The notes beneath the pieces were generated by a model. The model made no database searches, was not told where the DNA came from, and worked only from the letters and a program-made list of their open reading frames with translations. 64,000 nucleotides of DNA from Naegleria gruberi (lineage: Eukaryota), in assembly GCA_000004985.1 (NCBI GenBank), contig GG738848.1; one strand, written 5' to 3'. Both the position numbers and the translations under genes were made by a program. This document shows, piece after piece, positions 10,776 to 20,932 of this stretch. Every line of letters starts with the position of its first letter. Position 1 is the stretch's first letter.

Positions 10776-13700
10776 TTATTGAAAGGATCCAAGTTGAATC
10801 TTGTTGTGTTTTTGAACCATTGCATAGAACATGGATGAGTGATCGTTTAATAATTGTGTTGGACTTGCAAATTCTTTCACAATTCCATCATCAATGACCA
10901 CAACTTTATCATAATCCAAAATAGTTTCCAATCGGTGGGCAACACAAATGACAGTACATTTCTGGGAGAATTCATTTCTCAAGACTTGTTGGATTAGTTT
11001 GTCAGTTTCCAAATCGCAGAGAGCTGTGGCTTCGTCCAATACGAGAATTTTACAGTTTCGAATAAGTGCTCTGGCAAGACAGAGTAATTGTCTTGTACCT
11101 GCTGAGATGTTTTCTCCATTTTCTGATATTTCCATTCCTAATCCTGTTGCTCGAGGTTGAATCTCATCACTTTCTTCATTCGAAAGTTGGAATAATTTAT
11201 CTTTCATTCCAACCTTTTCCAATGCATTCCAAAGCTCCCGATCTGTAAATTGTGAATATCCATCAAGATTATCTCTTAATGTTCCTTTAAAGAGTGTTGG
11301 CTGTTGAGGAATGATACACAAGGCACTTCTCAAAGTTTCTAAAGGAACATTTCTAATATCAATTCCATCTACCAAAATGGAAGATTCTGATTCAATTTCT
11401 TGCATTCTGAATAGAGATTGGATTAAACTTGATTTTCCACAACCTGTCCTTCCACAAACAGCAATTCTTTCCTTTTCCTTAATAGTTAAATTAATTCCTT
11501 TAAGAACTAATTTGTTAGTCACTTGATTATTCGACTCTAAACTCTTGTACCTCATTAATACATTGTTGAAATTAATGTTTCCCTCACTCGCAAAGCTTTC
11601 AACTTTTTCACCTACTCCCTCAGGTTCATATTTTTCACTTTCCAAATTTGAATATTGGTCAATTCTTTGAATGGAAACTAAACCATTTTCTATCAATACC
11701 AATAAATAAGACAAGTAATATAAAACATCAAAGTTTGAAGTAGCTTGTAGAATAATCATTCCAACAAGTGGACCTCCAGATGCTAAAACACTTGACATGA
11801 TAATAACCGAAACGGCAAGACCACCCAATATTTCATTTCGAATATCAAAGTATTTGTACATGCACTGAATATTATATCTCACGTGTACGTGGTTATCTGC
11901 CTTAAATTCGAATAAATCTTTCATTAATTCTTCCTTTCCAAATGCACGAATGGTTTGAAGGCCATTAAGAGTTTCGGATATTTGAGAACTGAGTGGAGAT
12001 GAATAAATTCCAGACAATGTTGACAATTCTCTCAATGTAACTCTAAAGTAACTTTGATAATACAAGATTATTGGGAATAAAATAACTAAAATAAATATGG
12101 AAAATGGAGAAAGTATTAAAATGGTAACTAGGCCAAAAATCCAAAACATGAGAACTGGAACAAACTCTCTCAACAATGAATTCAACTCACTATCAATTTG
12201 ATTAGTATCTCTGGTAAATCTTGCAATAATTCTACCCACTGGTGTATTATCAAAAAAGGTAATACAAGAATTAACAATACTGTTCATGAGTTTTTCATGA
12301 AGTTTCTTTGCAGTATTCAAATAATGGGATAGAGCAAGGAAATTACCCATCACATCTACGCATACATAAAGAATAGCACTTCCTAAATAAGTCATTAAAT
12401 AGAAAATTAAAGTGAAATTTTCATATTTCTCATCAGTTGACCATTTGGTAAGGACATATTGATGAACAACATCAAGAATTTTGAATATAATTCCAAGAAT
12501 GCAAATAACTACAAATATTGGCTTGTTATAACCAACAGCAAACTTGAGAAGAGTTTTGTAATTTTCCCAAACTGTTCCCTTCACTCGTTGTTCTTCTTCT
12601 ATGGATGTGAATTTCTCCAATGATTCGTCATCATTTGGAAGTAGTTGAAGAGTTGGCTTGATTTCTTCTTGTTCAGTTTCGAATAAATCTTCTTCGACTT
12701 CTTCCTTCTTTTTACTAAACTCATCAATCAAATTTCTAAATACATTATTGGAATCTTGATAAAGTTCATGATAAGTTCCATTCTGAATGATTTTTCCATC
12801 TTCAAATACAAGAATTCTCTCTGCTTTGTCAATAAAGTGAATTTGATTCGTGACCATAATTGTTGTTTTACCAGCTTCCAAAAGTGGAAGTATTCCAAAT
12901 TTCATAATATGATCTGCAGTGTGAACATCAACTGCTGAGAGAGGATCATCCAATAGATAAACATCTGCGTTCGAATAGAGACATCTTGCTAAGGAAACTC
13001 TCAATTGTTGACCTCCTGACAAGTTGACACCATTTTCACCAATCATACTCAAATCTAAAATTTCTTTTGAGATTTGATAAAGATCAGTTTCTAAATTGCA
13101 TGCGTGTAATACTTTGGAATATCTTTCCGAATTAAATTCTTCACCAAAAGTTATATTTTCACGAATAGTTTGGTTTCTAATCCAAGAATCTTGTGAACAG
13201 TAGGCATATTTGAGTTTAGATTGTTTTTGGAAAGTGGAACAGCCATCATCTATTAGTCTAGTTTCTCCCAATAATGAAGATAAGAAAGATGACTTTCCAG
13301 AACCGACCTTTCCAATAACACAAATAAACTCACTCTTTCTAATTGACAAATTCATTCCTTTCAAACAAGAAACAGGTTCAGTAGAATCAACAGGATCCCA
13401 AGTAAATGAAGCATCTTTCATTTCTGTAATTATTTCATCATTTTCCACTTGGGCAATTTGGTGTGAAACTTCTTCAGCTCTCAGAAACTTGACAATTCTG
13501 TTAAATCCAGTTACTGCTCTTGAAACTTGTAATGCAGATGAAGGAAGTTGAATTGTTTCATATCTTACCAATTCCAAAGCATTAAGGAAGGAGAATGCAA
13601 GACTAACACTCAAAGATTGATTGCTGAAATAACAAAAATGGACGAAACTGACAAATGAAATGAAAGGAGCAAAAGTATTCCACAAGCATTCCATTCCTGC

Positions 13701-14732
13701 GTCTGAAATGAACCCCTTCTTAATATTTCTCATCTCAGTTTCTCTAATATTCATAATCTTGTCTTTAAATAGTTTCTCCATTGTATAATATTTGACAAAT
13801 CTCATAGCAGAAACTAATTGTGAAATAATTTCACTTCTTTCGTCCTGGTTCGACTCTATAATCTTTTCCATTCTCTGCTCCCAAATCATACAAACAATAG
13901 AAATTGGAATAATCACAAGTAAAATGGCAGAGAATCCAACAAGTGCTGAAATTCCTAGAAGAAATATTGAGAAGGAAATGGAAACTGAAATGTAAACAAA
14001 AGCTCCAATGATAATTTCAACATGATAGTAAAACCATTCGAACTTTTCAGTGTCAGTCGTTGCAATATTCATAACCGTTCCAGTTGAGTATTCTTGCTTG
14101 GAGCTAGAGTTTAGTTTAAGTGTCTTGTTGTAAATTGCATTAGAAAGGGAACTCTTTGTAAACTCTCCAATTTCTTGAGCAATGAATAGGCCGTGATCTG
14201 CACAGAATGTTTTCACAACCTTACAAATAAATAGGATTATACAAAAACCAACAATATATGAAACTGATTCAATATTCAAGTCATTATTGGAAAGTGTACT
14301 TTCACAATATATCAAAATAATGTTCAAAATGAATAATCTTGCAACTTCTGAACCAATCAATATCAATTTCAATACAAATGCCCAAGCAATCTGTAAAAAG
14401 TACAACTTGACAAAAAACCAAGCACATTTCCATGTGGAAATTTCAGCTGAATTCTCAAATGTTTCAATAAACTTTTCAAAGGGTTTCGAGCTTGATCTAA
14501 ATCCCCATGATGGCTGCATCTTGGTCAATTCATTCAATTCTAAAAATCCTTTAGAAAAAACCTTCTTAATCATTGGCTGTACTGAACTAAACGTGAATGC
14601 ACTCCATAAATGTCCAATCGAACATCCATTAGAATATGCTGTTTCGTCATATATCGTTTCCTTCCTTCTAAATGTTGAAGAGCATTGGGACATTTCAAGT
14701 TGTTGTTGTGTTTTTTTGATATTTTCATTCAT
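10776..14732 (-). CDS. ABC transporter of the ABCC/MRP subfamily, full transporter with TMD-NBD-TMD-NBD layout.
   Basis: NBD1 has Walker A GKVGSGKSS, signature LSGGQQLRVSLARCLY and Walker B VYLLDDPLSAVD. NBD2 has Walker A GRTGCGKSS, the degenerate ABCC-type signature ISAGTRQLLCLARALIRN and Walker B ILVLDEATALCD. There are two blocks of 5-6 TM helices. The 1318-aa ORF is uninterrupted. Confidence 0.85.
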   Translation of the reverse strand: MNENIKKTQQQLEMSQCSSTFRRKETIYDETAYSNGCSIGHLWSAFTFSSVQPMIKKVFSKGFLELNELTKMQPSWGFRSSSKPFEKFIETFENSAEISTWKCAWFFVKLYFLQIAWAFVLKLILIGSEVARLFILNIILIYCESTLSNNDLNIESVSYIVGFCIILFICKVVKTFCADHGLFIAQEIGEFTKSSLSNAIYNKTLKLNSSSKQEYSTGTVMNIATTDTEKFEWFYYHVEIIIGAFVYISVSISFSIFLLGISALVGFSAILLVIIPISIVCMIWEQRMEKIIESNQDERSEIISQLVSAMRFVKYYTMEKLFKDKIMNIRETEMRNIKKGFISDAGMECLWNTFAPFISFVSFVHFCYFSNQSLSVSLAFSFLNALELVRYETIQLPSSALQVSRAVTGFNRIVKFLRAEEVSHQIAQVENDEIITEMKDASFTWDPVDSTEPVSCLKGMNLSIRKSEFICVIGKVGSGKSSFLSSLLGETRLIDDGCSTFQKQSKLKYAYCSQDSWIRNQTIRENITFGEEFNSERYSKVLHACNLETDLYQISKEILDLSMIGENGVNLSGGQQLRVSLARCLYSNADVYLLDDPLSAVDVHTADHIMKFGILPLLEAGKTTIMVTNQIHFIDKAERILVFEDGKIIQNGTYHELYQDSNNVFRNLIDEFSKKKEEVEEDLFETEQEEIKPTLQLLPNDDESLEKFTSIEEEQRVKGTVWENYKTLLKFAVGYNKPIFVVICILGIIFKILDVVHQYVLTKWSTDEKYENFTLIFYLMTYLGSAILYVCVDVMGNFLALSHYLNTAKKLHEKLMNSIVNSCITFFDNTPVGRIIARFTRDTNQIDSELNSLLREFVPVLMFWIFGLVTILILSPFSIFILVILFPIILYYQSYFRVTLRELSTLSGIYSSPLSSQISETLNGLQTIRAFGKEELMKDLFEFKADNHVHVRYNIQCMYKYFDIRNEILGGLAVSVIIMSSVLASGGPLVGMIILQATSNFDVLYYLSYLLVLIENGLVSIQRIDQYSNLESEKYEPEGVGEKVESFASEGNINFNNVLMRYKSLESNNQVTNKLVLKGINLTIKEKERIAVCGRTGCGKSSLIQSLFRMQEIESESSILVDGIDIRNVPLETLRSALCIIPQQPTLFKGTLRDNLDGYSQFTDRELWNALEKVGMKDKLFQLSNEESDEIQPRATGLGMEISENGENISAGTRQLLCLARALIRNCKILVLDEATALCDLETDKLIQQVLRNEFSQKCTVICVAHRLETILDYDKVVVIDDGIVKEFASPTQLLNDHSSMFYAMVQKHNKIQLGSFQ

Positions 14733-15962
14733 TGAAAAACGTGTTTTTGTGTTTTTTAAAGGATAACCGAAGGTTACCGTTCAAGAGGTTCAAAGGTGAA
14801 TTTGAAAGTAGTAAGGAAGCATTTCTTGTTGATTTCAAGGGAATCTCATTGTAAACTAATGAGACTCAGATATTGTGGTTAATTTGAACCTCAATCTTGA
14901 AAATGAGAATTTCAAAATTGATTGCCATTGGAATGTTTAAATTTGATTGAATATTTAGAAGTGAATTATAATAATTCATGTTGAATGAATACTCCGTGAT
15001 CCTCAGGAGGTTAAATTTACTAATTCTCAGCAATTGATGAAGGTGTGATGGGTGCTTCTAATGTTGGACATGATGATGTTTCGAATCGGAATGGTTACAT
15101 GTTGTTATAATAATAATTCGTAATTCGTTTCTTGAGCAGAAGACTCCTTGTTGGGTTGTTTTATCCAATCATGATGTTGTTGTAGTGTGGATTTTTTTAT
15201 TAAAATTTAAAAAGCAATCAAATTTGGCGGTTTTCCAAAGTAACGGTTTTTTCAAATAAAAAATAAACAAGACACTTTATTAGAGACATGTTCATCGTCT
15301 TGTTGTTTGTCTAAAAGCAATACACTTGGATGTACACCGTGTAGACGTGCGGTTCATACATGATACTAAAAGCTATTGGAGAACATAATATGATTATAAT
15401 TTAATCAGGCTTTTTGTTAGTCTGGTACCATCATAATATTAAATTCAGCATCATAGCGGTTTAAGGATTCCTACTCTGCAGCCCTTCAATACAACATCTA
15501 ACAACTATGACTCAAAATATGTTATATTGTTGATTGATGAAGAATGGAACGATAGCTACCAGGAAATGTTATTAGAAGGTAGATGAAATTTATATGGCAG
15601 ATGATGCTCTTGTTGCTTCATCAGGCTTCGACACTTGGCAAACAGACTAAGAGTTCGCAATTACCTTTTAATCATACTCAATATCCAGTTTATCACAATA
15701 TAGGAAGAGCCCACTTTGCAATATCACATGTTTTATTATTACAATATCATTTTGATATTGTTGAATATTATATAATTCAATTTAATGGTTTTCCACAAAA
15801 GAAGTCATGGTTTCGTTCATTTGAAAGGGTTAGAATGGTTTATTACAATATAATACATGGTGGTGTATGCCATTTTGTGGCAATACTGAATTCGCGCTAA
15901 ATGTGTTCAGTTAGAGAGAAATGGTTTCGTCAGAAGTATTGAGAGAAGAAGAAACGGTTTGT

Positions 15963-16136
15963 TTAGAATACCATTCCAATAACAGCCAAGATAGCAATCA
16001 ATAACATGGCAGCAAATCCTTGTTCAGCAGCACCAGCATATACTTCAGATTCGTGATATTGAGCATTAATTGGTGAGGCAAAGAAGAACATGATACAAGC
16101 CAAGAGCATCATGACGAGGAAAGTTTGAGTGTTCAT
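15963..16136 (-). CDS. Small 57-aa predicted secreted/membrane peptide. It is not in the ORF track because it is under 60 aa.
   Basis: The peptide reads ATG...TAA as MNTQTFLVMMLLACIMFFFASPINAQYHESEVYAGAAEQGFAAMLLIAILAVIGMVF. It has an N-terminal signal-like hydrophobic stretch and a C-terminal hydrophobic helix. Confidence 0.25.
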   Translation of the reverse strand: MNTQTFLVMMLLACIMFFFASPINAQYHESEVYAGAAEQGFAAMLLIAILAVIGMVF

Positions 16137-16670
16137 TTTGAATAGTTTTGATTAGTTTTGTTTAGTTGTTTTGTTTTGTTATTGTTTCAGAATCTAACGG
16201 CACAGTTGTTAATTTATAGGACTTTTCGAATACATACTGAAATGGTCAAGTGGTTCCGTAAATGCTTCCATTACGAAATTTGTGTTCATCACTACAATTT
16301 AAGAAAACGGCTGCCGATATGAATTTTCTTCAAATGTAGTATTCAGATAACAACATCGGCAATAATACAACCATTCTCAAATTCATCCACTTCTCAAAAA
16401 GACGAAACTAATCTCTACATGAATTTGAGAGAATCAAATCATGCGATATCAAAACGAATATTACACTCACTTTCCTAACATTCTATTTTATTGGCATATT
16501 AGAAAAATTCAATATGGAATTGGAAACACAAGTTTACAATTCTAAACATCTCTTAATATATTGACCTGACTTGAAAAACTTTACAAATCTCTTTACAAAG
16601 TCTTTCGGTGTAAGGAGGAATTGTTGTGGCATTTTGATCGATATCCGTAAAATTAAATAATAAAATGGTT

Positions 16671-16743
16671 TGCTGACGGACGGGATCGAACCGGCGACCA
16701 ATGGCTTATTAGACCAACGCTCTACCGACTGAGCTACGCCAGC
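16671..16743 (-). tRNA. tRNA-Ile (anticodon AAU), 73 nt.
   Basis: The cloverleaf folds by hand. The acceptor stem is GCUGGCG/CGUCAGC with one G-U pair. The D arm is GCUC-AGUCGGUA-GAGC, the standard A box. The anticodon loop is CUAAUAA. The T arm is GCCGG-UUCGAUC-CCGUC, the B box, with one C-U mismatch. A U27-U43 mismatch is also present. A T-run (TTTT) follows the 3' end. The two non-Watson-Crick pairs lower confidence and it could be a slightly decayed copy. Confidence 0.6.
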
Positions 16744-16908
16744 TTACATTCATTACAAATAACCTATAGAATTATGTAATAAAACAAATAACAATTTGTG
16801 CGAGATCCAATTTATCCTAGCTGTTAGCAATTCATTATTAAAATTGTTTTAATACAGCAGATCTCGTCAATCATCACAAGTTGATAGTGTGGTTGTATTG
16901 TAATGTAA

Positions 16909-16989
16909 GTTGAGGTGGCCGAGTGGTTAAGGCGCCAGCCTGCTAAGTTGGTGGAGAAATCCGCGTGGGTTCGAATCCCATCCTCAACG
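16909..16989 (+). tRNA. tRNA-Ser (anticodon GCU), type II with a long variable arm, 81 nt.
   Basis: The acceptor stem is GUUGAGG/CCUCAAC with discriminator G. The D arm is GCC-GAGUGGUUAA-GGC. The anticodon stem is CCAGC/GUUGG with loop CUGCUAA. The variable arm is 13 nt (UGGAGAAAUCCGC). The T arm is GUGGG-UUCGAAU-CCCAU. TTTT lies just downstream. Confidence 0.8.
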
Positions 16990-17082
16990 ATTTTGCTTGT
17001 TGGGTAAAATAAATTTTTGAACTGCTTTACTTGTTATTTCCATTTTGATTTTCTTCTGAAGAAGCATGTACAATATATTTCA

Positions 17083-18288
17083 TTATTTATTGAAAGAAGT
17101 ATTGTCAAATGCAACTTTTGTGTCTTGAAACAAATCTTGAAGAAATGAATAATCGACATCATTGTCGACCACCTTTTCCACAACTGGGACTGGATTTGAA
17201 ACATTGATAAATATCAATTTCTTCAGTTTCTCATAGAATTCAGAAATAATATCAGCAAGAGGTTGGACAAGAACTTGGAAGACACCTGTCAGAATATTCC
17301 AAATAAATTTCCAAGTAAATGAAACTGTGGCTGCACCCACTTTGGTGGATTCAATTAAATATTTGACAAATGATTGCAAATATCCATTAAAATTATAGTT
17401 GAATGAATCCTTTTCCTTAAATAGTGAAATAATTTGAGTAATTGTGAAATAGGCCAATCCTGCTACAGCTGTGATAAACAAAGATTTGAGATCTAATTTG
17501 ATTTTCTTCATGGCCAAAGCAGGAACTAGAACTGAAGTAATGGCCAGCAATTTTTCATAGCTGAAAGTTTTTAAAAGGTAAACTTCTGAAACAAGTTCCC
17601 AAATCTTTCCTAAAAATTGAGAAATGGTTTCGTCTTGAAAATCAAATGGACTTGAAATTGGGACTACCTTATCTCCACTACATAGTAATGCCAATTGTTT
17701 GAAATTAATCAAATTCTTTGCCTTTTTGAAAAGAGTTTTCATATCTGAACGTTGGTCAACTGTGGCATACGGTTGACAGTTCAGTGTCAAGATAGAAATG
17801 TCCTTGTCAGGATACTGTTTCTTCATCTTGTAAGCAACTTCACAGGCAACGCTTCCTCCAGCTTTATAGCCAGTTACAATAATGTTGTAATTGGTTGTTT
17901 TAACTGAAGGCGCAAACTTTTCATAAATCATATTCGAAACTTGGCTAATAGTTTCCAAATCCTCCTTCTCTTCATTAAATGACTTGCAAACCAAAACGAT
18001 CAATTGCTTGCCATCAAATTGAATAAATTGTCCAAGAGAAATTCTATTCTCAAAGTTACACGAAACGGTCGAATCTGCAATGAGAGGTTTTACGTCTTGT
18101 TGCGAAACAACTTGTGCAAGCCATTTCTTTGTTGGAAAATTGTCAATGTCAATGACTTGCAATTCTTCGAATGGTTGGCTAGTCACGACAGGAATGAGAG
18201 ATTCTAATGAATGGACCGATTCTAATGGTGTTAGTGATTCTACTGATTCGACTGAGGATGTGAACCATCCTGTTAACCAACTTGACAT
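17083..18288 (-). CDS. Class 3 (fungal-type) lipase-like protein whose nucleophile-elbow Ser is replaced by Ala, a probable pseudo-lipase.
   Basis: The 401-aa ORF has IIVTGYKAGGSVA where a canonical lipase_3 would have GHSLGGA. That is H to Y and S to A in the G-x-S-x-G position. The C-terminal half consists of amphipathic/hydrophobic helices. It is a paralogue of the adjacent divergent gene at 18461..19591. Confidence 0.5.
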   Translation of the reverse strand: MSSWLTGWFTSSVESVESLTPLESVHSLESLIPVVTSQPFEELQVIDIDNFPTKKWLAQVVSQQDVKPLIADSTVSCNFENRISLGQFIQFDGKQLIVLVCKSFNEEKEDLETISQVSNMIYEKFAPSVKTTNYNIIVTGYKAGGSVACEVAYKMKKQYPDKDISILTLNCQPYATVDQRSDMKTLFKKAKNLINFKQLALLCSGDKVVPISSPFDFQDETISQFLGKIWELVSEVYLLKTFSYEKLLAITSVLVPALAMKKIKLDLKSLFITAVAGLAYFTITQIISLFKEKDSFNYNFNGYLQSFVKYLIESTKVGAATVSFTWKFIWNILTGVFQVLVQPLADIISEFYEKLKKLIFINVSNPVPVVEKVVDNDVDYSFLQDLFQDTKVAFDNTSFNK

Positions 18289-18460
18289 TTTTTTGAAGAT
18301 TTGAAGCTTGACAGTTGCATTAGAGAATGATTAGTTGTGCTTCACGATCACGTTTTGATTAATAACCCAAAAAATCTTAAACGTGATAATCATTTTGTTC
18401 AAAGTGTCAAATATCAATCACGTTTTACATTTTAAATAATTAATTCGAAAAAAAATAGAA

Positions 18461-19591
18461 ATGACACTCACCAACATTGATATTGAAAATAAAGAGATTT
18501 TAAAGTGGCTATGCAAAAGAACAAACTCAATCTATAGCTCAACTTTGTTGCCAGAATTGTCAGAACTTCCGTTGAAATCTGGCAGCTTGATATTTCATGA
18601 TAACAATAATTCAGTATTGGCAGTAGCAGATATATATGATTCAATAGGATCAGTAGTGGTTACTTGTAAAGGAAGTCAATCAATCTATGACTGGGTGTCA
18701 AATTTCACTGAATTTCCAACAACTTCTAATCAAAATTCTATTCCTGATTTCATTTACGAGAATGCATTGAAAATTTCACAGAAATTTGATAGAGAATCGC
18801 CAAATATTTTCAATAATAAGAAGGTGATTTGTTGTGGGCATAGTAGAGGTGCAGGAATTGCTTCTTATTTGGGCTATCATATTGCTTCAAATTCCAAGAA
18901 CTGTCAAGTGTCTGTTTTGACATTTAGCTCAATTCCATATGCCAATGATCAATTTAAAACTGCTTTCGACAATGTAATTTACAAAGCTAAGAATATCATT
19001 TCAATTCTAGATCCACTTCAAACTTTATGGGTTTCTAGAAATATCCCAGGAGAAACTAGAATATTGGAATTCACCTATCCAGGTGCATCAGCAATTGCAC
19101 TCTTTACCATTCCACTAACAGCATTCGTTAAGGAGATTCATTGTCTGTTTGACAAAATTTTCCATTTGCAAGGAATTTCTGAAATATTGGAATGTGCAAC
19201 ATCTTTTGCCTTATTTAAAGGTACAAGTCAATTCTTGTCCTTTTCTGGACTGGTGACCATGTTTCTTATGGATGTTGGAGTTAATGTATTCCAAGGAAAG
19301 TGTCACAAGATGGATTATACACAGCATGTAGTTGGAGGTGGCGTTGAACCTCTTATTAAGGCAGTTTTTGAGTTGCTGTCTGATGTCAACAACAAGACAA
19401 CCAACCTGGTGAATTTGATAACTAAGTTTGTGATGGGACCATTATTTGGATTGTTGAAGAAACTTTTCGTGAATGTTGTTGATCTGATCGATCAATTATG
19501 GAACGCCCTAAAGGAATTTGTGGGACAAGCTGTTAATTTCTTTAAATCTAGTTTATCTTTGATTTCCTATCATCCAATAGTGCAAAATTAA
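18461..19591 (+). CDS. Class 3 lipase-like protein with an intact GHSxG nucleophile elbow.
   Basis: The 376-aa ORF contains VICCGHSRGAGIASYLGY, the GHS-x-G motif. Its overall layout matches 17083..18288, including a C-terminal amphipathic helix region. It is divergently transcribed from that paralogue with about 170 bp between the two starts. Confidence 0.5.
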   Translation: MTLTNIDIENKEILKWLCKRTNSIYSSTLLPELSELPLKSGSLIFHDNNNSVLAVADIYDSIGSVVVTCKGSQSIYDWVSNFTEFPTTSNQNSIPDFIYENALKISQKFDRESPNIFNNKKVICCGHSRGAGIASYLGYHIASNSKNCQVSVLTFSSIPYANDQFKTAFDNVIYKAKNIISILDPLQTLWVSRNIPGETRILEFTYPGASAIALFTIPLTAFVKEIHCLFDKIFHLQGISEILECATSFALFKGTSQFLSFSGLVTMFLMDVGVNVFQGKCHKMDYTQHVVGGGVEPLIKAVFELLSDVNNKTTNLVNLITKFVMGPLFGLLKKLFVNVVDLIDQLWNALKEFVGQAVNFFKSSLSLISYHPIVQN

Positions 19592-19617
19592 AATTTGTAG
19601 TAATATCCTTATTCTTT

Positions 19618-20862
19618 TTATAATGAAAAATGATAGAATTCTCTCGTAAAACTCAAAGGACGGCTATTATATAATTTACACAAAGATTTCAATTCAAATT
19701 TGTAAAAACCTGTATCAATAATTCCTCCATAGCTATCTCTTGAATATGCTCCATGATACCTATGAAATTCAGCAATATTTTGCACAATCAATCCATAACC
19801 TCCTCCTTGATAAGGGCATTCCAATATTTTTGGTTTAAACTTGGAATAAATAATATCAAAGGGATGGACTCTTGAACTCTTCATATGAACCCCTCCAGAA
19901 GAAGTTGTCATTCCATAGAAGAAACATCCAATTAATACTCGGTAGATTCCAACATCTTTGCAATCTTGAAAAGTGTTCGAATTATTCTTGCTGTAAATAC
20001 GACTTTTGAGAAATCCAGGAGTGTAGTATTGGTAAATTTGGTCAATTGTGGTCAAGTTTCTTGTATAGCAATTTATGTAAGTCACATCCAGCATGAAACA
20101 TGTCTCAGTTCCGTCGAGTTTTCCCATTAAAAAATAATGTACCAAGTTGGTTGTAGAACTTGCTGTGTCAAAAGTTTTGAGTTTGATGTAAACTTGTTTC
20201 TTTTCTTGATCCACATCAAGAATGTCAACCAATCTTGAAAGTATTTCATTTTCTAACATTAAATTGACATTCTTGCAATCTGAAATATTCAAATATTTGA
20301 CAATCTCCAAAATGGAATCAAATTTCAAATCAAATTCAATGTGCATAACATTTGTATTCTTCCGTTCAGCACCAATGATTGAATAGAAAGTCTCTTTCTT
20401 CATTCGTTCATTCCCCATATTAAAATTGTTCTTGACTTCGTCTAACGAATTGCAATCATTCTTTTCCAAATCAAAACTCTTTGTATGATCAAAACCACAT
20501 TTGAATCGAATAATTATCTTTGATCTCTTAATATTTACAACATGATCATGACCATTTGGCATGACTTTTCCCTCCTGTATAGATTGCTCCATCAAACCCT
20601 CATGATCATTCGATCCATCACTCACCACTGGAGCATAATTTCTACTATTCATAAATTGCTCCAAAAGTTGTTGATCTAAATTTTCTCTCTTCTTCCGATC
20701 ATGAAAAGTAATCCTTGTCTTGACAATAATTCCGAAACTCTGCAAAATTTCAATCAGGGATGATTTATCAGCATTCTTCTTGTTATTATTATTTGTATTC
20801 TTTTCCCTCCTCTTGTGATGATCAGAAGCTGATGAACCTCTCTTTACATCATGTTGAGACAT
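19618..20862 (-). CDS. Hypothetical protein with a basic, Asn-rich N-terminus.
   Basis: The 414-aa ORF is uninterrupted. It contains a KLDG tetrapeptide (FLMGKLDGTE) reminiscent of the nucleotidyltransferase KxDG motif, but no supporting downstream motifs were found. Confidence 0.35.
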   Translation of the reverse strand: MSQHDVKRGSSASDHHKRREKNTNNNNKKNADKSSLIEILQSFGIIVKTRITFHDRKKRENLDQQLLEQFMNSRNYAPVVSDGSNDHEGLMEQSIQEGKVMPNGHDHVVNIKRSKIIIRFKCGFDHTKSFDLEKNDCNSLDEVKNNFNMGNERMKKETFYSIIGAERKNTNVMHIEFDLKFDSILEIVKYLNISDCKNVNLMLENEILSRLVDILDVDQEKKQVYIKLKTFDTASSTTNLVHYFLMGKLDGTETCFMLDVTYINCYTRNLTTIDQIYQYYTPGFLKSRIYSKNNSNTFQDCKDVGIYRVLIGCFFYGMTTSSGGVHMKSSRVHPFDIIYSKFKPKILECPYQGGGYGLIVQNIAEFHRYHGAYSRDSYGGIIDTGFYKFELKSLCKLYNSRPLSFTREFYHFSL

Positions 20863-20932
20863 TTTTTATAAATTCCGAGATGAACAAATCTACCATCATC
20901 ATCATTTAAATTCACTGGGATAATTATTTGGT

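Noticed and set aside
10948-14766. Short plus-strand ORFs overlapping the ABCC transporter gene.
   Set aside because: They are embedded antisense in a well-supported 1318-aa CDS and show no motifs.
15583-15900. A 105-aa plus-strand ORF in the intergenic region upstream of the tRNAs.
   Set aside because: No motifs and an odd composition. It lies in a promoter or intergenic region and is likely a chance ORF.
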